DNA of 64,000 nt from Candidatus Micrarchaeota archaeon (GTDB lineage Archaea > Micrarchaeota > Micrarchaeia > Micrarchaeales > Micrarchaeaceae), in assembly GCA_027345565.1 (NCBI GenBank), contig DAHWIF010000011.1:32001-96000 (forward strand), given 5' to 3'. This document shows, piece after piece, positions 56,354 to 64,000 of the stretch. Position numbers and translations under genes: made by a program. Under the pieces are notes generated by a model that was not told the DNA's origin, made no database searches, and saw nothing but the letters and a program-made list of their open reading frames with translations. Every line of letters begins with the position of its first letter. The first letter of the stretch is position 1.

Positions 56354-56890
56354 GTGGGTGAGGGGTTGATATCTGTGCTTGTAGTTGGCAGGTCCAGCTA
56401 CGAAGATAAGCTTTCATTATGCATGGTAGCCAGGGCGTTCGGCGCTTCGAACATAATGTTCTGTCCCACAGACCGCGGGGCGATGGACAGGCTTGCGAGG
56501 AGGTGCCGCTCCCTCAACAGGGACTGGGGAGGAACGTTCGGATTAGGATTCACGGACGACTGGAAGAGATATGTAAACGAGAAGAAGAATTACCTGAAGG
56601 TCTATCTCACGAGATACGGACTGCCAATGAGGAAGATAGGCTACCAGGTAAGGACCTACAAGAACGTGCTTGTGATAGTGAGCGAGAATGAGTCGACGAA
56701 GCAGCTATACAAGGCAACTGACTTCAACATCAGCATAACCACACAGCCGCACTCATGCGCCTCTTCTGTAGCTGTATTCCTGCATGACTTCTACCAGGGG
56801 AGGGAGCTCGCCATGCATTTCGAGAATGCGAGGTACAAGATCAGCCCAGAGCAGCACGGCATAAGGGTGGAGAGGGAGAGATTACACTGA
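56354..56890 (+). CDS. aTrm56-like SPOUT tRNA 2'-O-methyltransferase (divergent)
   Basis: VARAFGA, WGG-F, YLTRYG, DFNISITTQPHS..AVFL. Confidence 0.75.
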   Translation: MGEGLISVLVVGRSSYEDKLSLCMVARAFGASNIMFCPTDRGAMDRLARRCRSLNRDWGGTFGLGFTDDWKRYVNEKKNYLKVYLTRYGLPMRKIGYQVRTYKNVLVIVSENESTKQLYKATDFNISITTQPHSCASSVAVFLHDFYQGRELAMHFENARYKISPEQHGIRVERERLH

Positions 56891-59638
56891 CCAGTATTTC
56901 TTTGTGCGTATGAACTGCCTCTGCGCCTCTATCAGGTCCTTGTAGAAGAGCATTGGGTCTTCCCTGTGCATCAGCAGCGCCCTTGCGGCGCTTGATGGGC
57001 CTATGCCGTATGTCGAAAGCGCAAGCGCTGCTTTTCCGCCATATGAGCTGAACAGTCCCGCCTCTTTCATTATCTCCCCCAGAACCTGCCTCTCCTCCTT
57101 CGAGAGCCTCCTGCCCGATATGCGCTTCTTGACTACCTGCGAATGCGCATCAGAGTACCTGCAGAGCATCACGCTGCTGCACGAAGGGCACTTTATCTCG
57201 TTGAGCCATTTCAGCTCATCGATTCTCCGCGTAAAAGAAAAACCGCAATATGTGCACAGCAGTCGTATGTCTTTCTTGAGGAGGAACTCGGAGAACGACT
57301 CCAAAAGCGCCTTGCTAGGGGCTATCGGCGCCATCAGCTCCCTTGTGTAGTACGCTGCATTGAGTATCTCGTAAGCAATCGGGGATACGCTGCTTTCGAA
57401 GAGCTCGACCACTTTTATCTTTCCGTTTTGGACTCCTCTTATGAGCTCCTTCAGGTTTTCAAGGTCGAAGCCTGACATTATCTCGTTTATCGTCTCCGTG
57501 TACACTGGCGTATCCTTCAGGACCTTGACTATGCGCTTAGCGAGCGACTTGGTCACTGACGCATCCCTGTCAACTACGCCAAAAAGCTTCGCCACGTTCA
57601 CGAACCTGTACCTGAATAGCTCGGTGTCCTTTATCGCCGCTTCAAGGCTTTGCTCTATCGCATTCACGTTTATCCTCATCATCAGCTCGGCGACCTTCAA
57701 GCTGGATGGCGCATCCATCATCACAAAATACGGCGATGACCTGACGTTCACGCTGCGCCAGTGGAATGCGGTGACCATGTGCGCGAGCAGGCGCGAGAGC
57801 GCATCGTTGGCCAATGTGCCAAGCCCGGTGTTTATTATCACGTAGTCCTCTACCCTCTCGACCACCAACCTGTTCCTCTCATGCGTCCCGAACCTCTGTT
57901 GGGATTTCGCGAACTCAGATACCTGGCTTACTGCATAGTCCGACAGGCATCCAATCCCTTTAAGCGCATCAGTATCGCCTACAAGCGCCATGACCTCTCT
58001 TGCCACGGCATAGCTCACCGGTATGTCTTCACCGGCCCAATCCGGTATGGCTGCGTCAAGGTGCTCGCTAGGCTCGACGCTCAGCCTGTCTTCATCTATG
58101 CTTATTACCTTCCACGGGAGCCCCTTCACTATGAAGACTGAGCCCTCCTCTATGTTCGCAGCCACGAACCTCTCATCTAGTGAGGATATAATGCGGTTGT
58201 CAGCCACGCTCTTCACCACGAACCTCTTGGTGTCTGGTATCACGCTGAGGTGCTCGTAGTAGTACATGCGCGTCTTAGATGTAGGCAGGACCCTGTGCCC
58301 GTCAAAGGCTACCAAACGCTGCCTATTCATGAAGGCCAGCAGCGGTTCCAGGTCGCTCTTCTTGAGATTGGCATAAGGCCTAGCCCTGGTGATAATGCCA
58401 AATATCGAATCTATGTCGGTTTCCTTCTTGTCTAGTGCAAGCCCGCACACCTGACTGCAAAGCACGTCAAGCGCATTCTCCCTCACCGGATAGCTCTCCA
58501 CCAAGCCGGCCTTTGCATTTTTGTATATCGCAGTTGACTCTACTGCGTCTATGTTGCTGGTAGCTATTATGATCCCTTTGGATGTGCCGGTTTCTGTGTG
58601 GCCGCTCCTGCCTATCCTCTGAAGGAGTCGGAGCGCCTGCCTTGGCGAACCATACTGTATCACGAGGTCGATGTTGCCTATGTCTATGCCTAGTTCTAGC
58701 GAGCTGGTCGCTATCAGGCACCGTAGCTTGCCCTCCTTGAACTTGTCCTCCATCTTTATCCTTTCGTCGCGGTCAAGCGACCCATGGTGCACCCCTATGC
58801 CTCCGAAGCTGTGCAGCCTGTCAAGGAGCATCAGCCTGCTGCCGAGCGCCTCGACAATCTGCCTGGTGTTGGCGAAGATGAGCGACGATCTGGATTTGGC
58901 GACGCTATCTGCTATCGCTCCAAGCCTGGCTACCGATTTGTCATCGAGGCCGAACCTGTCGCCGACCTCTTTCAGCGCGCTGCTGTATCCGGAAGGCAGC
59001 TCAACCTTGAGATCGGTTTTCTTATCCGGTTTCGTCACAGCTATCTTGAACTGCCTCTTGCCGCAAACGAACGCTCCGACCACCTCCGGGTCTGAGACTG
59101 TAGCGCTGATGCCTATGCGCCTGAAATTCGGCGCCACCTCCTCGAGCCTCTCCAAGCCAAGAGACAGCTGCGCGCCCCTTTTGTTCGAGTATAGCTCATG
59201 CACCTCATCCACCACTACGTATTCGACGTTCTTCAAGTGCTGAGCAAACGACTTTGAAGGCAGTATGCTTTGCAGTGTTTCCGGAGTTGTGATTAGGAGC
59301 ATCGGTGCGACTTTCGCCTGCTTCCTGCGCTCGCTCTGCAGCGTGTCGCCGTGCCTGACAGATACGCTTATCCCCATCTGCTCGCATATCCATGATATCC
59401 TTTTTATCATGTCCCTGTTCAGCGCCCTTAGCGGCGTTATATAAATCGCCTTTATCCCGGCCAACCTGGCCGCGTCTCCGAGCCTCTTTATTATAGGGAG
59501 CACAACCGCCTCTGTCTTTCCAGACCCTGTAGGAGCAACAACCACGCAGTTGTTCCCCTCTTCGATGATTGGGATCGCAGCCTTCTGTATGGCTGTGAAG
59601 CTCTTGTACTTGGAAAGGAAGATCTCGTAGACGTCCAT
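56882..59638 (-). CDS. lhr: Lhr-family SF2 helicase
   Basis: APTGSGKT, PLRALNRD, TTPETL, DEVH, HHGSL, SSLELGIDIG, QRIGRSGH, C-terminal Zn finger. Confidence 0.93.
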   Translation of the reverse strand: MDVYEIFLSKYKSFTAIQKAAIPIIEEGNNCVVVAPTGSGKTEAVVLPIIKRLGDAARLAGIKAIYITPLRALNRDMIKRISWICEQMGISVSVRHGDTLQSERRKQAKVAPMLLITTPETLQSILPSKSFAQHLKNVEYVVVDEVHELYSNKRGAQLSLGLERLEEVAPNFRRIGISATVSDPEVVGAFVCGKRQFKIAVTKPDKKTDLKVELPSGYSSALKEVGDRFGLDDKSVARLGAIADSVAKSRSSLIFANTRQIVEALGSRLMLLDRLHSFGGIGVHHGSLDRDERIKMEDKFKEGKLRCLIATSSLELGIDIGNIDLVIQYGSPRQALRLLQRIGRSGHTETGTSKGIIIATSNIDAVESTAIYKNAKAGLVESYPVRENALDVLCSQVCGLALDKKETDIDSIFGIITRARPYANLKKSDLEPLLAFMNRQRLVAFDGHRVLPTSKTRMYYYEHLSVIPDTKRFVVKSVADNRIISSLDERFVAANIEEGSVFIVKGLPWKVISIDEDRLSVEPSEHLDAAIPDWAGEDIPVSYAVAREVMALVGDTDALKGIGCLSDYAVSQVSEFAKSQQRFGTHERNRLVVERVEDYVIINTGLGTLANDALSRLLAHMVTAFHWRSVNVRSSPYFVMMDAPSSLKVAELMMRINVNAIEQSLEAAIKDTELFRYRFVNVAKLFGVVDRDASVTKSLAKRIVKVLKDTPVYTETINEIMSGFDLENLKELIRGVQNGKIKVVELFESSVSPIAYEILNAAYYTRELMAPIAPSKALLESFSEFLLKKDIRLLCTYCGFSFTRRIDELKWLNEIKCPSCSSVMLCRYSDAHSQVVKKRISGRRLSKEERQVLGEIMKEAGLFSSYGGKAALALSTYGIGPSSAARALLMHREDPMLFYKDLIEAQRQFIRTKKYWSV

Positions 59639-59650
59639 CAGACCGCCGGA

Positions 59651-61663
59651 TTAGCTTTGGGATTGCAGTCTCCTGTAGCGCCTCCTATGGAATATCTCAT
59701 AGAGGAGCATGACGGCAATCACGATTATTATTGGGACTGAATCTATCGGGGTTATGAACGTAAGATAGACTTGGTTGCCGGCAACGGCTCTAAACGGCTC
59801 CTTCAACTGATCGTATCTCATGTACCCGCTTACGTTGCCGAACGGTACGTCCTGAAGCGTGACAGAGCCGGTAGGCCCAAGGTAAATAGTGTAACTGGTG
59901 CCGTTCTGGAAAGTGAGGTACGCACTCGCATTAAGCGAGGCTTTGAAGAGGCTTTTCGCTGATATCCGCACGTCATATACTGGAAGCTTAACCGGTATTG
60001 TCACAGACGAAGAGATGTTTGCTGTTATGTTCGCCGTTACCAGCACGCCCTTGTAATACGCTCCCGTAATGGAATATGGGACTCCGTCGAAAAGCATGGT
60101 GCTGCTAGGAACATCCATCCCATCCACAACGAAGTATGTGGCGTTTATTTTATCGTATTCCGAGTCAAGCGCAGAGAACCTGACGAGATGCTGCCTTCTG
60201 AAGACGGCAGCCAGCGATACCGGCGAATTGACGGTTATCGTTGTAGAGCTGTTATAGTATATCCCATTCCATGAGTAGAATGCGACTCTTGTGGTGTTAG
60301 TAGAGTTGAAGTAATCATCATTCAATGATATGCGCGCGCTGCTGCCGGCATCGTACCAGCCGGCGCCAGAAGCGACGCCAAGGCTGGTGTTCAGCGATAT
60401 CAGATACTGCTCCTGCCAGCGCGCAGACATGTTCACCGGCCCGAGCACAGTGAAGCTTGTGTTTAGCGAGGAGGAGCCATTACTCCAGCCGGAAAACAGC
60501 TCCCTTGTCCCTTCCCCGGTATCGACTATGCTGTTCGATAACGATATTTTTGCCGTCGAATTCGCGGCGTACCATCCCGATCCGCTTACGTTGCTGAATT
60601 GCGACGTCGCATTTACGTAGTACTCCAGGTTCCATTTGGCGATTTCAGTTACATTGCCAACCATCTGGACAGTGGATGAGCCAGAAGCGCCGGTGTAGCT
60701 GCCGGGCCCTGCGCCCTGCCATCCGGCGAACACAGCTCTCTCAGATGGCGTTATGTATACGTAAGGCTGCTGCACGCTGAAGTTCACCGCAGAGAAAGTC
60801 GGATAGTACCCGGCGCCAATCACGTTTCCGAACGGCGAACTGAGCTGCAGATGGTACACGCTGGTCCATAGGAGTGCGCCGCTCCGTACGCTTTGCACGG
60901 CAGAGCCTACTTCAAAATAGTTAGCGTATCCACCAACCTCTTTGACCCCGTACGGATTGGCGATGTTAGTCTTGCTGCCGCTGCCGTACCCTACGTATGC
61001 GGTCGCGCTCTGGAGCAGATGCAGAGCTCCATTCTTCATGTAAGACATGTTCTTAAACATCACAGTCTTCATAAACGTGTCCGTATTGTTCGCATTAGCC
61101 AGCTCGGCGTATGCCGATGGCACATATGGTCCTGATGTCGATGTTCCTAGGTTTGCGCTGCCGATGAGCTGACCGTTGAAATAGAAGTTCCATGTATCGC
61201 CGTTTGAAGAAAACGAGTACATGTTGAATGTGCCGTTAGTGCCCGCCGAGCCGCTCGGTCCAACGCCGCCATAGAAGCCTGTGCTATTGCCCCCTATGGG
61301 GAAATACTCCCAGAACCAAGCGGGATAGCCTGCCTTTAGGAAGACAGTGCCGTTGCACCCAGAGGCAGTGCAGGTTTTGGGGTAATCTCCAGATACGTTC
61401 GGCACCTCGTAGCCTACCTGTACGAAGGCCCCATTCTGGAGGGTCTCTCCGACCCAGAAACCCAATGCGCCAGAGGACGGGCTTTGCGGCGCAATCGTCT
61501 GGATGTAAGCTCCCGCACCGTTGTTATAGGCCGCCTGGCTGCCAGCATTAGCACCGCTCTGGAACCAATACTGACCGAAAGACAGCTGCGCAAGCAGAGT
61601 TGCGGCCAGGATGGCCGCCGCAGCCAGATAGGCAATCCTAAACCCTCTCATAGTCAATACCAA
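59651..61663 (-). CDS. Membrane-anchored surface protein with a G1-peptidase-like N-terminal domain and GxGWY repeats
   Basis: Signal peptide, many N-x-S/T sequons, three repeats, C-terminal TM helix and basic tail. Confidence 0.75.
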   Translation of the reverse strand: MVLTMRGFRIAYLAAAAILAATLLAQLSFGQYWFQSGANAGSQAAYNNGAGAYIQTIAPQSPSSGALGFWVGETLQNGAFVQVGYEVPNVSGDYPKTCTASGCNGTVFLKAGYPAWFWEYFPIGGNSTGFYGGVGPSGSAGTNGTFNMYSFSSNGDTWNFYFNGQLIGSANLGTSTSGPYVPSAYAELANANNTDTFMKTVMFKNMSYMKNGALHLLQSATAYVGYGSGSKTNIANPYGVKEVGGYANYFEVGSAVQSVRSGALLWTSVYHLQLSSPFGNVIGAGYYPTFSAVNFSVQQPYVYITPSERAVFAGWQGAGPGSYTGASGSSTVQMVGNVTEIAKWNLEYYVNATSQFSNVSGSGWYAANSTAKISLSNSIVDTGEGTRELFSGWSNGSSSLNTSFTVLGPVNMSARWQEQYLISLNTSLGVASGAGWYDAGSSARISLNDDYFNSTNTTRVAFYSWNGIYYNSSTTITVNSPVSLAAVFRRQHLVRFSALDSEYDKINATYFVVDGMDVPSSTMLFDGVPYSITGAYYKGVLVTANITANISSSVTIPVKLPVYDVRISAKSLFKASLNASAYLTFQNGTSYTIYLGPTGSVTLQDVPFGNVSGYMRYDQLKEPFRAVAGNQVYLTFITPIDSVPIIIVIAVMLLYEIFHRRRYRRLQSQS

Positions 61664-62429
61664 TCCTGTTCAGTTCAACTATTATCTTTTCTCTATCCGA
61701 AGCCTTAATACTTTTCCACTCTATCATAGCTTTTTCAGGCATCGGCGAGGACCGTTCGACTGCCTGCTGAAGCATGCCAATCTCTGCTACATGGTACTTC
61801 GGCATTATGTGCGAGAATGCGCAACCTCGTTCGAAAGCTATTCTTGTAAATTTTTCAGCGTAGTGCATGCCCCCTATACCGAGCACGCAATCCGAATCCG
61901 TCTCATTTTCTGATAGCGCATCAACGACCGACCTTGCCACCAAGCCGCTATATTTTTTGCCCTCTAGCGTATCCTTTGTGCCTCCAACTTCGACGAAGAA
62001 GGACGGGGTCTTCAGCAGTGGCCCGTGGTGTGTCGCCTCATATATGACCGGGAGCCCCGAGTCGTTGTTCCTCTTCAAGCTCTCCATCACCGCAAGCGCT
62101 GCGCCTGGCGCTGCAACGCTCAGCTCCTTTGGCCTGCCTCCCAGCTTAGCATCATCCGACCAGTTGCCTTCATGATGCGTAGTAAGCGAAGCGATTCCAC
62201 TAGAGCTCGAATGGCTGCAAACGAATACGATAAAATCTGTACTTATTATCTTGTCAAGGAAGCTGCAGTCAAGGATGTTGCCCTTTATCTCTAGAACATC
62301 AATTCCCCCGCTCCTGAAATGTCTATACCCATGAACATCATCCAGCTCCTCGAAGTCGAACGAAGAGACTACGGCTTCGCCTATGTTCTTAGATGTGAGA
62401 TTGTCATCGGAGTAAACTACGAATGGCAT
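61638..62429 (-). CDS. dtdA: D-aminoacyl-tRNA deacylase (archaeal DTD2)
   Basis: SHSS, LTTHHEGN, EATHHGP, FVEVG, GIGGMHY, HIMPKY. Confidence 0.92.
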   Translation of the reverse strand: MPFVVYSDDNLTSKNIGEAVVSSFDFEELDDVHGYRHFRSGGIDVLEIKGNILDCSFLDKIISTDFIVFVCSHSSSSGIASLTTHHEGNWSDDAKLGGRPKELSVAAPGAALAVMESLKRNNDSGLPVIYEATHHGPLLKTPSFFVEVGGTKDTLEGKKYSGLVARSVVDALSENETDSDCVLGIGGMHYAEKFTRIAFERGCAFSHIMPKYHVAEIGMLQQAVERSSPMPEKAMIEWKSIKASDREKIIVELNRIGIDYERV

Positions 62430-62495
62430 TGCAACATACAGATACATAACAACAAATATAAACGTGAAAGCAGATGTAGTAGAAAGGCTGGTACG

Positions 62496-62855
62496 ATGCT
62501 GTACAACTACCTTGCGTTACTGGTATTCGCGCTTATTGCGGTATTCGTGCCGGTCTCGTTGCTTGTAACCGCAAAGCTGTTCAGACACAGGACAAGGGAC
62601 AATGCGGTCAAGACCGCACCTTATGAGAGCGCAGAGGCGACGATAGGGAAGAACAGGGATGTTATAAATGAGTACCTCCCCTTCTTCATGCTCTTCCTGC
62701 CTTTCGAGGTTGTAGCAATAGTGCTCCTCACCGGTTCGGCGGTGCTGCGCCAGCTAAGCTACACGAGCGGGATCCTTGTAATTGGGCTTGCAATAGCAGC
62801 AGTTGCGTTATCATTGACGGGTTATTTCATCATACGTGGTAAAGATGGTGGATGA
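62496..62855 (+). CDS. nuoA: Complex I subunit A
   Basis: KTAPYES, FFMLFLPFEV; 3 TM segments. Confidence 0.88.
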   Translation: MLYNYLALLVFALIAVFVPVSLLVTAKLFRHRTRDNAVKTAPYESAEATIGKNRDVINEYLPFFMLFLPFEVVAIVLLTGSAVLRQLSYTSGILVIGLAIAAVALSLTGYFIIRGKDGG

Positions 62856-63483
62856 AGAGACGTCCGCACCGTACACGAAAGATCAGTTCCTCAATGCAGA
62901 GCAGGAGATGAGCATGCTCACGGAGCAATCGCTCAAGCCCTACAGGAAGGAATACGCACCGGCGATGTTCAGCAGGCTCAGCGATATAACGAAGATAAAG
63001 ATGAAAGACATAATCAAGTGGGGAAGGTCGAACTCGCTATGGCCGCTCCAGTTCGGGCTTGCTTGCTGCGCCATGGAGCTTATGGACTTCGGAGCATCAA
63101 GAGTTGACGCAGAGAGGAAGGGGTACCTCCTTTTCAGGGGCACGCCGCGCCAGTGCGATGTGATGATAGTCGCCGGGTGGGTCACGAAGTCTGTGGCACC
63201 GAAGGTGAAGAGGCTATACGAGCAGATGTCGAAGCCGAGCTACGTCATAGCATACGGCGAGTGCGCAACATCAGGAGGCCCCTGGTGGGAAAGCTACAAC
63301 ATAATCAAAGGTATAGATCAGGTGCTGCCGGTCGACATATACGTAGCGGGCTGCCCGCCAAGGCCCGAGAACCTTTTCGGTGCGCTAATGAAGCTTCAAG
63401 AACGGATACGTGGTAAAATTGCTGGATATACAACCAGGGGACTTAGCGAAAACCTGCGCAGAGCTGAAATCGAAGGGCTTTGA
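62845..63483 (+). CDS. nuoB: Complex I subunit B
   Basis: GLACCAME, TPRQCDVMIVAG, GECATSGG, GCPPRPE. Confidence 0.96.
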   Translation: MVDEETSAPYTKDQFLNAEQEMSMLTEQSLKPYRKEYAPAMFSRLSDITKIKMKDIIKWGRSNSLWPLQFGLACCAMELMDFGASRVDAERKGYLLFRGTPRQCDVMIVAGWVTKSVAPKVKRLYEQMSKPSYVIAYGECATSGGPWWESYNIIKGIDQVLPVDIYVAGCPPRPENLFGALMKLQERIRGKIAGYTTRGLSENLRRAEIEGL

Positions 63484-63790
63484 CTACCTGAAGAAGATAA
63501 CCGCTGTAGATTACATAGACCATCTGGAGGTAGTATACCTGCTCTACAGCATGAAAGAGAAGAAGGACGAGATCCTCAGAGTCAAACTTGATCCAAGCGC
63601 GCCGGAGATACACACGGCAATGAGGATATATCCTGCCGCTGATTGGTATGAGCGCGAGCTTTCTGAGATGTTCGGTATAAGGATACTCGGAAGGGACGCC
63701 AAGCGCCTCCTTCTGGAGCTCTGGAATGGCACAGGCGCCCCGCTGAGGAAAAGCTTCATTTGGGGTAAGGACTACGAAAAGGTGAAATGA
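63410..63790 (+). CDS. nuoC: Complex I subunit C
   Basis: ITAVDY, ADWYERELSEMFGI, PLRK. Confidence 0.93.
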   Translation: MVKLLDIQPGDLAKTCAELKSKGFDYLKKITAVDYIDHLEVVYLLYSMKEKKDEILRVKLDPSAPEIHTAMRIYPAADWYERELSEMFGIRILGRDAKRLLLELWNGTGAPLRKSFIWGKDYEKVK

Positions 63791-64000
63791 TGGCGGTAAT
63801 GCGCATCAATGTAGGCCCGATACACCCTGGCACTCACGGAGTGCTGCGCCTTGTGGTTGACGTTGACGGTGACACGATAAAACAGGTGGAGCCGCACATA
63901 GGCTTCCTCCATAGGGGAGTCGAGAAGCTCATGGAGACGAGGATGTACATGCAGAATCCATCTTACACAGAGAAGCTCGACTACATAGCGCCGCTTAGCT
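63787..64000 (+). CDS. nuoD: Complex I subunit D (partial, runs off the window)
   Basis: Translated by hand: NVGPIHPGTHGVLRL..IGFLHRGVEKL..KLDY. Confidence 0.93.
   Translation, partial: MMAVMRINVGPIHPGTHGVLRLVVDVDGDTIKQVEPHIGFLHRGVEKLMETRMYMQNPSYTEKLDYIAPLS

Noticed and set aside
1-64000. CRISPR array or cas genes
   Set aside because: No regularly spaced direct repeats or cas motifs noticed by eye; the TnpB fragment lacks a nuclease domain

Overview
This is a gene-dense archaeal chromosomal segment, most consistent with a DPANN archaeon of the Micrarchaeota. The assignment is inferred from a ~390-aa single-chain multi-unit tRNA splicing endonuclease, tRNA-Ile(UAU), a PriL-PriX-like primase subunit, gyrAB and an archaeal ribosomal operon. 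Housekeeping content includes the L3-L4-L23-L2-S19-L22-S3 operon, L15e, L44e, aIF2-alpha, TFE, PCNA, GINS, RadA, Lhr, gyrase, AglB, a 5S rRNA and five tRNAs. Energy metabolism is unusually rich for a DPANN: citrate synthase, Mdh, aconitase, fumarase, succinate dehydrogenase, malic enzyme, cytochrome bd, the start of a complex I operon, carbamate kinase and an ArcE-like protein. The most notable item is a tightly coupled 7-gene operon at 8.6-13.3 kb (VirB2/CedA1-like pilin, VirB6/CedA-like membrane protein, an apparently split VirB4/HerA ATPase and three unknowns) that looks like a chromosomal, relaxase-free Ced/T4SS-like transfer machine. Other items of note are an SDH with a non-canonical membrane anchor fused to SdhB, a structured putative ncRNA plus palindromes upstream of radA, a surface glutamic-peptidase-like repeat protein, a tRNA-Gly overlapping a bacterial-type metK, and a truncated IS200/IS605 TnpB relic. 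All assignments come from motif recognition by eye; no database searches were run.
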